DNA of 64,000 nt from an uncultured Gammaproteobacteria bacterium (GCA_963774475.1 CAVZFF010000006.1:667971-731970), one strand, 5' to 3'; shown: positions 24,145 through 33,779, numbered from the stretch's first letter. Program-made: numbers and translations. The notes: generated from the sequence alone by a model not told the origin.

Positions 24145-24435
24145 TTACGCGTGCCGCGGCGGCGGAAAGGCCTCTATGCTGAGCGCGTGGATCTCGGTCT
24201 CCAGGAGGTCGCCAACCGCCTCGTAGACACGGCGATGGCGCACGATCGGTGCAACGCCGCGAAACGCTTCGGCAACGATGCGAATGCGAAAATGGCCGAG
24301 GCCGCCGGCCGCTCCGGCATGGCCCGCGTGCAAGCGGCTTTCGTCCTCGATGATGAGCTCGAGCGGCGCGAAGCTTGCCTCGAGCCGTGCGCGCAGGCGC
24401 GCTTCGCGCCCCGTAGGATTCGGCGACGCGCCCAT
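24145..24435 (-). CDS. BolA family protein
   Basis: 96-aa internal ORF of track 24145..24768. LELIIEDESRLHAGH...HFRIRIVAEAF.G and HALSI motifs. Start overlaps the yciB stop by 1 nt. Confidence 0.8.
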   Translation of the reverse strand: MGASPNPTGREARLRARLEASFAPLELIIEDESRLHAGHAGAAGGLGHFRIRIVAEAFRGVAPIVRHRRVYEAVGDLLETEIHALSIEAFPPPRHA

Positions 24436-24992
24436 CAGACTTGACTCACGGGCTCCGGCTTGAGCTTGCCGTTGAGCCAAATGACTTGGGGGACCATGAA
24501 GACGATCATCGCAATGGTCAATCCGAATACCTTGAACTTGACCCATATATTTTCGGCGAAATGCGTGGCGACATAGATGTTGAGCACCGCGAGCGCGGAA
24601 AACCACGCCACCCACAGGGTATTGATGACGATCCACGCATGGGGGGTGACGTCGATCGGTTCGCTGAATGCGCCCTCGAGCATGCGCCGCGCCAGCGGCT
24701 GCCGGCCGATGACCGAACTGCCCAGAAATGCGAGCGCGGTCAGGCCGAGCAGCACGGTTGGTTTCCACTGAATGAAGCGCTTGTCATGCAGCAGCAATGT
24801 CGCGGTCCCGAGCACCAGCACTACGACCACGGTTATGACGTGCACCGTCTTGTATTTACCCGCGCTATGCCGGTGCACGATCAGCACCACGACGCAGGCG
24901 ACCATGAGGGCGCCGGTGGCCCAATAGATGCCGAAGAGTTCGAACACGACAAAAAACGCGAGTAACGGCGACCATTCGAGCAGCTGATTCAT
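24435..24992 (-). CDS. yciB: Intracellular septation protein A (YciB/IspZ)
   Basis: Starts MNQLLEWSPLLAFFVVF. Five TM helices. Typical length of about 185 aa. Confidence 0.85.
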   Translation of the reverse strand: MNQLLEWSPLLAFFVVFELFGIYWATGALMVACVVVLIVHRHSAGKYKTVHVITVVVVLVLGTATLLLHDKRFIQWKPTVLLGLTALAFLGSSVIGRQPLARRMLEGAFSEPIDVTPHAWIVINTLWVAWFSALAVLNIYVATHFAENIWVKFKVFGLTIAMIVFMVPQVIWLNGKLKPEPVSQV

Positions 24993-25017
24993 GCGCGTAT
25001 CATAGCCGTCACCCAGC

Positions 25018-25653
25018 ATGAGCATCTACCTGCAATTACATCCGGTTTCACCCCAGCAGCGCTACATACGCCAGGCGGTTCAAGTCTTGCGCAGCGGCGG
25101 TGTGATCGTCTATCCGACGGATTCGTGCTATGCCTTGGGATGTCACATCGGTGACAAGGACGCTCTGCAGCGGATCAGCGACATCCGCGAGGTCGATCGA
25201 AATCACGATTTCACCTTGGTGTGTCGCGATCTTGCCGAGGTCGGTAAATATGCGCTCGTCGACAATTGGCAGTACCGCCTGCTGCGCGCTTACACGCCGG
25301 GCCCCTACACATTCATACTCAAGGCGTCGCGCGAGACCCCGCGGCGCCTCAAGCACGAGCGCCGCGGCACGATCGGTTTGCGAGTGCCCGATCATCCGGT
25401 GACCGCCATGCTGCTCAAAGAGCTCGGCGAACCGGTCATGAGTTCGACGCTGTTGCTGCCGGGCGAGAAGTTGCCGCGCACCGACGCGAAGGAGATCTAC
25501 GAGGCCCTGGGCCGGCGCGTCGATCTGGTGCTCGACGGCGGCAATTGCGGCCTCACGCCCACCTCCGTCATCGATATCTCCGGCGATCGGCCGAGCGTCA
25601 TTCGGGTGGGCCGCGGCGACGTAAGCCCCTTTGTCGACTCGGCAACCGTATAA
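25018..25653 (+). CDS. YrdC/YciO/Sua5-family (threonylcarbamoyl-AMP synthase-like) protein
   Basis: GGVIVYPTDSCYALGC, FTLVC, PGPYTFIL, IGLRVPDH, SSTLLLPG. Confidence 0.85.
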   Translation: MSIYLQLHPVSPQQRYIRQAVQVLRSGGVIVYPTDSCYALGCHIGDKDALQRISDIREVDRNHDFTLVCRDLAEVGKYALVDNWQYRLLRAYTPGPYTFILKASRETPRRLKHERRGTIGLRVPDHPVTAMLLKELGEPVMSSTLLLPGEKLPRTDAKEIYEALGRRVDLVLDGGNCGLTPTSVIDISGDRPSVIRVGRGDVSPFVDSATV

Positions 25654-25710
25654 TGAGCCCTGGAGCCCCCGCGCGTAGATGAGAAGTATTTTAAATAATG
25701 AGTATAAGAA

Positions 25711-26376
25711 TTGGATTTAACTGAATTTCTTTCCAAGGTTTCGATCTGGGCGATTCCGGTTCTGTTCGCGATCACCCTGCATGAAGTAGCGCACGGATGG
25801 GCGGCTCGCTACTTCGGAGATCGGACCGCCGAGTTGCTCGGCCGGCTGAGCTTGAACCCGCTGCGCCACCTCGACCCCGTAGGCACCGTACTCATACCGG
25901 GGCTGTTGCTGGCGATCGGTGGTCCTCTGATGGGCTGGGCCAAACCCGTGCCGGTGGCCACTCGCGCGCTGCGCAACCCGCGATTAGCGATGATCTTCGT
26001 GGCCCTCGCAGGTCCCGCCGCCAATATCGCGATGGCGGGATTCTGGTGTGTGGTGCTGGCCGTAGCCGTGCGCGTGCATGGCAATGCCACGATCATTGGC
26101 TGGATCGCGCTCATGGCGCGCGCCGGCATCATCGTCAACGTCATACTCGCGGTGTTCAATTTGCTGCCGATTCCGCCGCTCGATGGCGGCCGCGTACTGA
26201 CCGGTATATTGCCGCCCAAGCTCGGCGCCAAGGTGGAGCGTGTCGAACCATTCGGCTTCTACATCGTCATGGCGCTCATGGTATTGGTCGCCTACGGGCC
26301 GTTGGGCGGGCTGTTCGATCCGGCCTATCGACTCGTCGGTCACCTCATCGGCGCGCTGATACGGACGTCCGCATGA
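25711..26376 (+). CDS. Site-2 protease family (M50) membrane metalloprotease
   Basis: HEVAHG zinc motif and polytopic membrane profile. NLLPIPPLDGG. TTG start as in the track. Confidence 0.8.
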   Translation: MDLTEFLSKVSIWAIPVLFAITLHEVAHGWAARYFGDRTAELLGRLSLNPLRHLDPVGTVLIPGLLLAIGGPLMGWAKPVPVATRALRNPRLAMIFVALAGPAANIAMAGFWCVVLAVAVRVHGNATIIGWIALMARAGIIVNVILAVFNLLPIPPLDGGRVLTGILPPKLGAKVERVEPFGFYIVMALMVLVAYGPLGGLFDPAYRLVGHLIGALIRTSA

Positions 26377-27587
26377 GCGGACCGATACAAAATCGGCGCG
26401 TGCTTTCCGGTATGCGCCCGACCGGGCTGCTGCATTTGGGCAACTATCACGGTGCGCTCAAGAACTGGATCGAACTGCAATATCAATACGAATGTTATTT
26501 CTTCATCGCCGATTGGCATGCGTTGACAACCGGCTATGAGGACACCTCGCAGCTCGAAGAATATGTGTGGACGATGGCCGTCGACTGGCTTGCAGCGGGC
26601 CTCAATCCCGGTGTCGCCACGTTGTTCATTCAATCCAGAGTGCCCGAACATGCCGAGCTGCATCTGCTGCTGTCGATGATCACGCCCTTGGGATGGCTCG
26701 AACGCGTGCCGTCGTACAAAGACCAGCAGACGCAATTGGCGAATCTCGATTTGAGCACGTACGGCTTTCTCGGCTACCCCTTGCTGCAATCCGCGGATAT
26801 CTTGCTGTACCGGTCACAATATGTTCCGGTCGGCGAGGACCAAGTGGCGCACGTCGAGATCACGCGCGAGGTTGCACGCCGCTTCAATCACATTTATGGC
26901 AGGGAGCCGGAGTTCGAGCAAAAGGTCGAAAAGGCGATCAAGAGTCTGGGTTCCCGGAACGCTGCGTTATATCGAACGATGCGCAAGGAGTTTCAGGAAA
27001 AGGGCGATGCCGAGGCCTTGGCGCGCGCTCGCTCTCTGGTCGAATCGAATGCGCGGCTCACGGTCGCGGACCGCGATCGTCTGTTCGGATTTCTGGAGGG
27101 CACCGGCATCGCGGTCTTGCCCGAGCCGGAAGTATTGCTGACGGTGACGCCCAAGGTGCCTGGTCTCGACGGGCGCAAGATGTCCAAGTCTTACGGCAAT
27201 ACGATCGGTCTGCGTGAGGATACGGATTCGGTCGTCAAGAAGCTCAAGACGATGCAAACCGATCCGGCGCGCGTGCGCCGAACCGACCCCGGTGACCCGG
27301 ATCGCTGTCCGGTTTGGGATTTGCACAAGATCTATTCGAGCGCCGAAACCCAGGCCTGGGTGCAGAAGGGTTGTCGCAGCGCGGGAATCGGCTGCCTGGA
27401 ATGCAAGATGCCGCTCATCGAAAAGGTCGTCGAGGAAATTTCGACGATCCGCAAGCGAGCCCAGGAGTTCGAAGAGAATCCGGAACTCGTCCGCGGTATC
27501 ATCGCGCAGGGCTGCGAACGTGCGCGCGAGGCGGCGCGCGATACCCTGGATGTCGTGCGCCAATCCATGTCGATGAATTACCGATGA
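26373..27587 (+). CDS. trpS: Tryptophan--tRNA ligase (long form with insertion and 4-Cys motif)
   Basis: ATG 26373 overlaps the protease stop (ATGA). GLLHLGNYHGA (HIGH) and KMSKS. Track ORF 25797 is a spurious upstream extension. Confidence 0.93.
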   Translation: MSGPIQNRRVLSGMRPTGLLHLGNYHGALKNWIELQYQYECYFFIADWHALTTGYEDTSQLEEYVWTMAVDWLAAGLNPGVATLFIQSRVPEHAELHLLLSMITPLGWLERVPSYKDQQTQLANLDLSTYGFLGYPLLQSADILLYRSQYVPVGEDQVAHVEITREVARRFNHIYGREPEFEQKVEKAIKSLGSRNAALYRTMRKEFQEKGDAEALARARSLVESNARLTVADRDRLFGFLEGTGIAVLPEPEVLLTVTPKVPGLDGRKMSKSYGNTIGLREDTDSVVKKLKTMQTDPARVRRTDPGDPDRCPVWDLHKIYSSAETQAWVQKGCRSAGIGCLECKMPLIEKVVEEISTIRKRAQEFEENPELVRGIIAQGCERAREAARDTLDVVRQSMSMNYR

Positions 27588-28495
27588 AACCCGAATTGAC
27601 GCTAGTGCCAAACGACCACGCGACGCCTGCGCCCGAGCCTGCGCCGGCCCAGGCCGAGATGCCGTTCGCGGTCGTCGAGGGCCAGCCGATCACCGAGATG
27701 CCGCGCGATCTGTACATTCCGCCGCAAGCGCTCGAAGTGTTTCTGGAGGCTTTCGAAGGCCCACTCGATATGCTGCTTTATTTGATCCGGCGGCAGAATC
27801 TCGACATTCTCGACATTCCAATCGCCGAAATCACGCGCCAGTATATGCGCTACATCGAATTGATGCAGGTGCTGCAGCTCGAGCTCGCGGGCGAATATCT
27901 GCTGATGGCCGCGACGCTCGCGGAGGTCAAATCGCGCATGCTGCTGCCGCGCATTCACGGCGAGGAGACCTCGGAAGAAGCCGACCCGCGCGCGGAACTC
28001 GTGCGCCGCTTGCAGGAATACGAACGCTTCAAGCGAGCCGCCGAGGGAATTGACCGTATCCCGCGGCTGGAGCGCGATACCTGGATCGCGTCCGCGGAGC
28101 TCTCCATGCGCAAGGTCGCGCGCATTGCGCCGCAGGTCACGCTGCAAGAGATGCTGACGGCATTTCAAGAGGTATTGGCGCGCAGCGACATGTTCGCCCA
28201 CCTTCACGTTCAGCGCGAGCCCTTGTCGGTGCGGCAGCGCATGACCGACGTGATGTCGGCGCTCGCGTCGCAGGAGTTCGTCGAGTTCGTGCGTTTGTTT
28301 CGGGCCGAGGAGGGCCGGGCGGGGGTTACCGTGACTTTTGTCGCGATCCTCGAACTGATGCGTGAAGGTTTGATCGAAATCGTGCAATCCGAGCCGTATG
28401 CTCCCTTGCATGTACGCGGTGGCAATCCGGCCCGCCGTCTGAAGCTGCTGGCCGAAGAAGACGCCGCCAACGAAGAAATTGCGAGACCTCAATGA
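27584..28495 (+). CDS. scpA: Segregation and condensation protein A
   Basis: ATGA overlap with trpS. FEGPLDMLLYLIRRQNLDILDIPIAEIT hallmark. Confidence 0.9.
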   Translation: MKPELTLVPNDHATPAPEPAPAQAEMPFAVVEGQPITEMPRDLYIPPQALEVFLEAFEGPLDMLLYLIRRQNLDILDIPIAEITRQYMRYIELMQVLQLELAGEYLLMAATLAEVKSRMLLPRIHGEETSEEADPRAELVRRLQEYERFKRAAEGIDRIPRLERDTWIASAELSMRKVARIAPQVTLQEMLTAFQEVLARSDMFAHLHVQREPLSVRQRMTDVMSALASQEFVEFVRLFRAEEGRAGVTVTFVAILELMREGLIEIVQSEPYAPLHVRGGNPARRLKLLAEEDAANEEIARPQ

Positions 28496-29223
28496 ACGAA
28501 CACTACGTCAAAAATGTCATCGAAGCGGCGCTGCTGGCCGCCGGCCGCCCCTTGAGCGTGGACGAACTCGTGTCCTTGTTCGATGAACGCGACGGCTCGG
28601 CCGTCGAAGGCGTGTTGGCGGCGCTCGCCGCCTTGCGTGCCGAGTACGAGACTCGAGGCCTGGAATTGGTCGAAGTCGCAAGCGGCCATCGCATTCAGAT
28701 TCGCGCTGCGGTAGCCGAACCGGTCTCGAGACTCTGGGTCGAGCGTCCGACCAAGTATTCGCGCGCCTTGCTCGAGACCTTGGCGCTGGTCGCCTATCGA
28801 CAGCCGATCACCCGGGGCGAGATCGAACAGATTCGCGGCGTGGCCGTCAATCCGCACATCATCAAGACCATGCTGGAACGCAATTGGATACGCGTCTTGG
28901 GCCATCGCGACGTTCCCGGCCGCCCCGAACTGCTCGGCACGACGCGCGAGTTCCTGGACTATTTCGGCTTGAAAAGGCTCGATGATTTGCCCACGCTCGC
29001 TCAACTGAAGGAGCTCGAGGATCTGCGCGTTCAGCTGGCTCTGCCGGGCGCCGAGCCGCTTGCCGAGGCCGCGGCCTCGCTGCCGGCGGGCCCCGAGGAG
29101 ATCGACGACGAACCGGCGGCCGGTGACGACGAGGAGGCTGCCGACGACGAATCGGCCCAGCCTCAGGATACGGCCGAGCGCAGTCAGGGCTTGGTCGCGC
29201 GCGGCTCCGCGCAAACGTCGTAA
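28492..29223 (+). CDS. scpB: Segregation and condensation protein B
   Basis: ATGA overlap with scpA. IEAALLAAGRPLS, LETLALVAYRQPITRGEIEQIRGV, PGRPELLGTT. Confidence 0.9.
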   Translation: MNEHYVKNVIEAALLAAGRPLSVDELVSLFDERDGSAVEGVLAALAALRAEYETRGLELVEVASGHRIQIRAAVAEPVSRLWVERPTKYSRALLETLALVAYRQPITRGEIEQIRGVAVNPHIIKTMLERNWIRVLGHRDVPGRPELLGTTREFLDYFGLKRLDDLPTLAQLKELEDLRVQLALPGAEPLAEAAASLPAGPEEIDDEPAAGDDEEAADDESAQPQDTAERSQGLVARGSAQTS

Positions 29224-29228
29224 GTCAG

Positions 29229-30239
29229 ATGCCGCCGCGTCCGCCGCGCAGCCGAGATTCCGCACCGCGCGGCAGACCGTCGAACGCGCGCGATAAATCT
29301 GCCGCTGCGCGCGGCATGCCGGCGGCGTCGCGCGATAGGCCGCCTGCGTCGCGCGATAGGCCGCCGGCGTCGCGCGCTAAGCCGCGGACCTCGCGCGATA
29401 GGCCACTTTCTGCGCGAGCCAAGCGGCGGGCGGTCCCCGCCGACGAAGCGGCCGGCGCAGATCGCGTCCAGAAAGTCATGGCCGCCGCGGGCATCGGTTC
29501 GCGCCGCGAAGTGGAGCGCTGGATACGCGAGGGGCGATTGCAGGTCAACGGCGCGGTACCGGAGTTGGGCGCGAAGTGGCTGCCGCGCGATCGCATCACG
29601 CTCGACGGCCGACCGGTGCGCATTCGCGCGCCCGCGGCCAAAGAACTCCATGTGTTGTTGTTTCACCGCTCGCCGGGGGAAACGCTCGATTTGAAAGCCG
29701 CGACGTCGCGTGCGGCGGAACATCTGCAATTGCCGCGCGTGTCGGGCCGATGGCTCGCGATTCAACCCATGCCGCCCGTCGACGGCGGTCTGGAGATTCT
29801 GACCGATGACGGTACCTGGGCCCATCGGGTCTCGCAGGGTGTGCACGCCTTGACCATCGATTACGTATTGCGCATGCGCGGACCGCTCAACGACGATCTG
29901 GTCGAAGAATTTCGCGCCGCCACCGACTGCGAGGGCGAGCCGATGACGATACTGCGTGCCGAGGCGCAGTACGGGGAGGGCTTCAATCATTGGTTGAACG
30001 TCACGGTGCGCTCGACGCGGTCGGCGCTCGTGAGACATTGGTGGGGCGCGCGCGGCATCATCGTGAGCCGGCTCATGCGCGTGCGCTTCGGACCGATTCA
30101 TTTGACGCGCGAGCTGCCTCGCGGCCATTCGCGCGCGATGACGGCACCGGAGCGCAATGTCTTGATCAACGAGATACAGGCGGCCAAAGAGGCGCGCGAA
30201 CCCGACGCGGCGGCGCTCAGCGCGGCGCCGACTCACTGA
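29229..30239 (+). CDS. rluB: 23S rRNA pseudouridine synthase RluB with an Arg/Pro-rich repeat N-terminus
   Basis: S4 domain (RVQKVMAAAGIGSRREVERWIREGRLQVNG), then an RsuA/RluB-type catalytic domain. Conserved position after scpB. The start within the repeat region is uncertain. Confidence 0.8.
   Translation: MPPRPPRSRDSAPRGRPSNARDKSAAARGMPAASRDRPPASRDRPPASRAKPRTSRDRPLSARAKRRAVPADEAAGADRVQKVMAAAGIGSRREVERWIREGRLQVNGAVPELGAKWLPRDRITLDGRPVRIRAPAAKELHVLLFHRSPGETLDLKAATSRAAEHLQLPRVSGRWLAIQPMPPVDGGLEILTDDGTWAHRVSQGVHALTIDYVLRMRGPLNDDLVEEFRAATDCEGEPMTILRAEAQYGEGFNHWLNVTVRSTRSALVRHWWGARGIIVSRLMRVRFGPIHLTRELPRGHSRAMTAPERNVLINEIQAAKEAREPDAAALSAAPTH
29325..29408 (+). repeat. About 4 x 21-bp in-frame tandem repeat (encodes ASRDRPP-type heptads)
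   Basis: GCGTCGCGCGATAGGCCGCC(T/G) occurs twice nearly perfectly, then two diverged copies. Confidence 0.8.
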
Positions 30240-30979
30240 GCGTCGAAATACCCGTCGCGCACCGCCAGGCTGTCGGTGCTCAGCAAGTACAGAAACGCAC
30301 CGGTCACGGAATCCGGGCTAGGCAAGGAATTCGGATCCTCACCGGGATAGGCCGCGGCACGCATCGGCGTGCGCATGCGGCCGGGATTGACGCTGTTGAC
30401 GCGTATGTTCGACACGTCCTGCAGCTCCAGCGAAAACAGGCTGCGCACCGATTCAAGACCGGTCTTCGCCACCGCGTAGGCGCCCCAAAACGGCCGCGAA
30501 TTCTTGACGACGCCGCTGCTGACGAAAATCACCGAGGCATTTGCCGACAGGCGCAGGCTCGGCACCAAGACTTGGGTCAAGATGAATGGTGCCGTGAGAT
30601 TCACGTGCAGCACTTTGCACCAGGTCGGCACGTCGTATTGCTCGAGCGGCGTACGATCGCCGAGGATGCTCGCGGCATGAATGAGCCCGTCGAGCCGGCC
30701 GAATTCCGCACTCACGGTGCGCGCGAGGCTGTCGTAATCCGCCGCGGTCGCGGTCGCGAGATCCAGCACCGCGATCGCCGGCTGCGGGCCTCCAAGCGCC
30801 TCGATTTCATCGTAGAGCCGGTCGAGTTTCGCCGCGTTGCGGCCACAGACGATCACGCTGGCGCCGGCGCGTGCGCAGGCCAAACTCAGCGCACGGCCTA
30901 GACCCCCGGTCGCGCCGGTGATCAAAATCGCGCGTCCCGCAAGCAAGCCTGCGCGCGGCGTGAAATTCTCAAGATGCAT
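30233..30979 (-). CDS. YciK-like short-chain dehydrogenase/reductase
   Basis: ILITGATGGLGRA. N-terminus MHLENFTPRAGLLAGR parallels E. coli YciK as recalled. YxxxK region present. An alternative start is 30994. Confidence 0.8.
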   Translation of the reverse strand: MHLENFTPRAGLLAGRAILITGATGGLGRALSLACARAGASVIVCGRNAAKLDRLYDEIEALGGPQPAIAVLDLATATAADYDSLARTVSAEFGRLDGLIHAASILGDRTPLEQYDVPTWCKVLHVNLTAPFILTQVLVPSLRLSANASVIFVSSGVVKNSRPFWGAYAVAKTGLESVRSLFSLELQDVSNIRVNSVNPGRMRTPMRAAAYPGEDPNSLPSPDSVTGAFLYLLSTDSLAVRDGYFDAQ

Positions 30980-32183
30980 CGACTTGGGACTCATCGGCGC
31001 CCGCCGCAGTTGCGGCGTCCGCGGAGCGCGGCATGCGCGCGAGACTCTCGATCGGTTCAATGGGCATCAGTTCCTTGCCGACGCGCAGGCCCAGCTCGGG
31101 AAAGCGGCGCGCGGCCGGCATCACCTGTTGTTCGAGTGAACCGACGGCTTTGTTGAACGAGTCGACGCTGCCGGCCAGCGTCTTGCCGAGTTTGCCGAGA
31201 TGTTCGCCGAACACCGCGAGGCGCTTGTATAGGTCCTCACCAAGCCTGCGTACCTCGGCGGCATTGTCGGCCAAAATCGATTGCTTCCAGCCGTAGGCGA
31301 CGGCTTTGAGCAGGGCGGCAAGACTCGTCGGAGTCGCGAGCATGACATTCTGACGCAGCGCCTCGTCGATCAGATCGGGATTCTCCTGCAGCGCGGCCGC
31401 GAGGAATTGATCGCCCGGCAGAAACAGCACGACGAAGTCGGGACTCCGCTCGAATTGCGACCAATATTCTTTCGCGGCGAGTTCGCGTATGTGCGCGCCG
31501 ACGATCAGCGCGTGGCGCCGCAACTGCGCCTTGCGCTCTTCGTCGTCCGGTGCATCGACGGCCGATAGGTAGGCATCGAGCGGCGTCTTGACGTCGACGA
31601 CGATATCGCGCCGCTCCGGCATGTGCACCACCATGTCGGGCCGCACGGCGCCGGATTCGCCGGCTTTGTGGAGCTGCTCGGTAAAATCGACGTGCGCAGT
31701 CATGCCGGAGAGTTCGACGACGCGCCGCAAGGTCAGTTCGCCCCATTGGCCGCGCACGTCGGGCCGCCGCAAGGCCGTGACCAGGTTGCGGGTTTCGCGC
31801 GACAGCAGTTGCTGGCCGCTCGCGACGAGTTCCATTTGATTCTTGATCGTTGCGAACGCATCGATGCGATCCCGCTCGATCTCCTTGACCTGGGCCTCGG
31901 TCTTGGCGAGGGCTTCACGGATCGGCCCGATCAGCGACTCGATCGCGATCTCGCGCTCCTTGAGTGCTTGCGTGGAGCTTTGCTGCTGCCGATCGAGTCG
32001 TTCGCGGGCGAGCTGCAGAAACACCTCGCTATTGCTCTTCAAGGTATCGCGGGCGAGTTCGCTGAACACCGCCTGCAATTGGTCGCGTGCGTGCGAGCGC
32101 CACCAGAGTGTCAACAGCGCGCCGATCACGGCGCCGATGACGGCGCCGAGCGCGAAGTCGAGCAGGGGCGCAGTCCAGCTCAC
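30969..32183 (-). CDS. rmuC: DNA recombination protein RmuC
   Basis: N-terminal TM, long coiled coil, C-terminal RmuC nuclease-like region (GELTLRRVVELSGM, VVDVKTPL, LFLPGDQF). Confidence 0.85.
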   Translation of the reverse strand: MSWTAPLLDFALGAVIGAVIGALLTLWWRSHARDQLQAVFSELARDTLKSNSEVFLQLARERLDRQQQSSTQALKEREIAIESLIGPIREALAKTEAQVKEIERDRIDAFATIKNQMELVASGQQLLSRETRNLVTALRRPDVRGQWGELTLRRVVELSGMTAHVDFTEQLHKAGESGAVRPDMVVHMPERRDIVVDVKTPLDAYLSAVDAPDDEERKAQLRRHALIVGAHIRELAAKEYWSQFERSPDFVVLFLPGDQFLAAALQENPDLIDEALRQNVMLATPTSLAALLKAVAYGWKQSILADNAAEVRRLGEDLYKRLAVFGEHLGKLGKTLAGSVDSFNKAVGSLEQQVMPAARRFPELGLRVGKELMPIEPIESLARMPRSADAATAAGADESQVDAS

Positions 32184-32851
32184 AAGCGGCCGCTCGCGTC
32201 GAGCCAGGGCAGCAGCTCGAGCGGTTCGGCGAGGTGGCCTTCGCCTCCCCAGGCGCGCGGCTCCTCATCGGTGCCCAGATAGCCGTATAGCGCGACCAAT
32301 GCCGGCATGCCGGCCGCGTGCGCCGCGCGCACGTCGCGCTCGGCATCGCCGACGTAAATGCATTCGGCCGCAGAGACGCCTGCCAAGCTCGCGGCGTGCA
32401 GCAAGGGCAGCGGATGCGGCTTGCGCTGCGCGACCGTATCGCCGCTGACGACGCAGGCGAAGCGGGCGCGGATCGCCATTTGCTCGAGCAGCGGCTCGGT
32501 CAACCAGGCGGCCTTGTTGGTGACGATGCCGGTGCGCAAGCCGCGCTCGGAAAGCGCGTCGAGCACGCGGTCCATGCCGGGAAAGAGGCGCGTACCGCGG
32601 CTCAAGTCGGCGCGGTAGATCTCCAGAAAGCGCCGCTGCAGTTCGGCAAACACGGCCGGCTCGGCGTCCGCAAAGCCTTGGCTGAGCACGCCGCGGGCGC
32701 CGTGACTGACCCATGGCCGCACCGCCGAGTAGGGCAGCGGCGCGCGCTGCTGCTCGCCGAGCAGGACGTTCATCGCGCTCCACATGTCGGGGGCGGTGTC
32801 GAGCAGCGTCCCGTCCAAATCGAACAGCACGGCACGCAGTGGCGCACTCAA
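32180..32851 (-). CDS. HAD-family phosphatase (phosphoglycolate phosphatase Gph / MupP-like)
   Basis: VLFDLDGTLLDT, VTNK, YVGDAERD. Lies adjacent to ubiG, as the Pseudomonas MupP gene does (recalled). Confidence 0.8.
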   Translation of the reverse strand: MSAPLRAVLFDLDGTLLDTAPDMWSAMNVLLGEQQRAPLPYSAVRPWVSHGARGVLSQGFADAEPAVFAELQRRFLEIYRADLSRGTRLFPGMDRVLDALSERGLRTGIVTNKAAWLTEPLLEQMAIRARFACVVSGDTVAQRKPHPLPLLHAASLAGVSAAECIYVGDAERDVRAAHAAGMPALVALYGYLGTDEEPRAWGGEGHLAEPLELLPWLDASGRL

Positions 32852-32854
32852 GGC

Positions 32855-33583
32855 TTAAGGCTCGATGCGCCGGAAATGGGCCAGATAATTCACCGACGGG
32901 TCCGACGAGCACGCAAATGAGCGCGTCAGGGGGTTGTAGGTGATGCCGGTCAAATCCTTGAGTTCCAAGCCCGCGGCGCGCCCCCACTTCGCGAGCTCCG
33001 AAGGGCGAATGAACTTCAAGTATTCGTGGGTGCCACGCGGCAGTACGCGGGCGAGGTACTCGGCCCCGACGATCGCGACGAGGAACGCCCGAGCCGTGCG
33101 GTTCAAGGTCGATACGATGACGTGGCCGCTCGGCGCCGCGAGCGCCGCGAGCGCGGCGAGGCTCGCCGCGGGGTCGGGCACGTGCTCCAACATCTCCATG
33201 CAGGTGACGATGTCGAATGCGCCCGGCTGTTCCCGCGCGAGTTCCTCGGCGCCGATCGCCCGATAGTTCACGTCAAGCTTGGCCCCGAGCGCATGCAGTT
33301 CGGCAACCTCCAGAACCGCGGGCGCGAGATCGATCCCGAGCACCGAGGCCCCGGCGCGCGCCATGGATTCGGCAAGGATTCCGCCGCCGCAGCCGACATC
33401 CAGTACGCGGCTGGCCGACAATGCTTTACCAGCCTCGGCGGCGATGCGCTCGACGTAGGCCAAGCGCAGCGGGTTCAGATCGTGCAAGGGTTTCGATGGC
33501 CCGTGAGGATCCCACCAGCTTTGAGCGACCCCGTTGAATTTTGCGATTTCGACGGGGTCTGAATTGTGCGGCGAAGCGGACAT
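32855..33583 (-). CDS. ubiG: Bifunctional 3-demethylubiquinone/2-polyprenyl-6-hydroxyphenol O-methyltransferase UbiG
   Basis: IAKFNGVAQSWWD, VLDVGCGGGILAESMA, VTCMEMLEHVPDP. Divergent from gyrA as in E. coli and Pseudomonas. Confidence 0.92.
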   Translation of the reverse strand: MSASPHNSDPVEIAKFNGVAQSWWDPHGPSKPLHDLNPLRLAYVERIAAEAGKALSASRVLDVGCGGGILAESMARAGASVLGIDLAPAVLEVAELHALGAKLDVNYRAIGAEELAREQPGAFDIVTCMEMLEHVPDPAASLAALAALAAPSGHVIVSTLNRTARAFLVAIVGAEYLARVLPRGTHEYLKFIRPSELAKWGRAAGLELKDLTGITYNPLTRSFACSSDPSVNYLAHFRRIEP

Positions 33584-33779
33584 CGTGAATTTCCCCATGG
33601 GCGACTCGAAAGCATCCGGCAAGTGTTGGGTCAAGTGTCAAGTATAGCGATTTCACGCTTCGGGAAGCTTAAAGCTCCGGCAGGATCTGTGCTAGAATTA
33701 GTCCGATGTTGAGACCCCGAATCGTCTCGTTTAAACCCGCTTTTTAGAAGCCTAAGTAAGGCTCACCGGACTCTCGCAA

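Noticed and set aside
25797-26372. N-terminal 190-aa extension of the trpS track ORF, overlapping the M50 protease gene
   Set aside because: The extension is Arg/Gly-rich nonsense in an alternate frame of a gene with a clear HEVAHG protease signature. TrpRS homology starts at ATG 26373, which forms an ATGA overlap with the protease stop.
29325-29408. Possible CRISPR-like or non-coding repeat arrays (also 36348-36473)
   Set aside because: The units are directly adjacent (21 and 18 bp) with no spacers, and they are in frame inside rluB and gyrA. No cas genes are present. They are coding tandem repeats.
33661-33700. gyrA promoter (TGcTAGAAT extended -10 at 33690-33698)
   Set aside because: The -10 is plausible, but no convincing -35 is present and several alternatives exist in the 145-bp divergent region. 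It is too weak to list as a feature.
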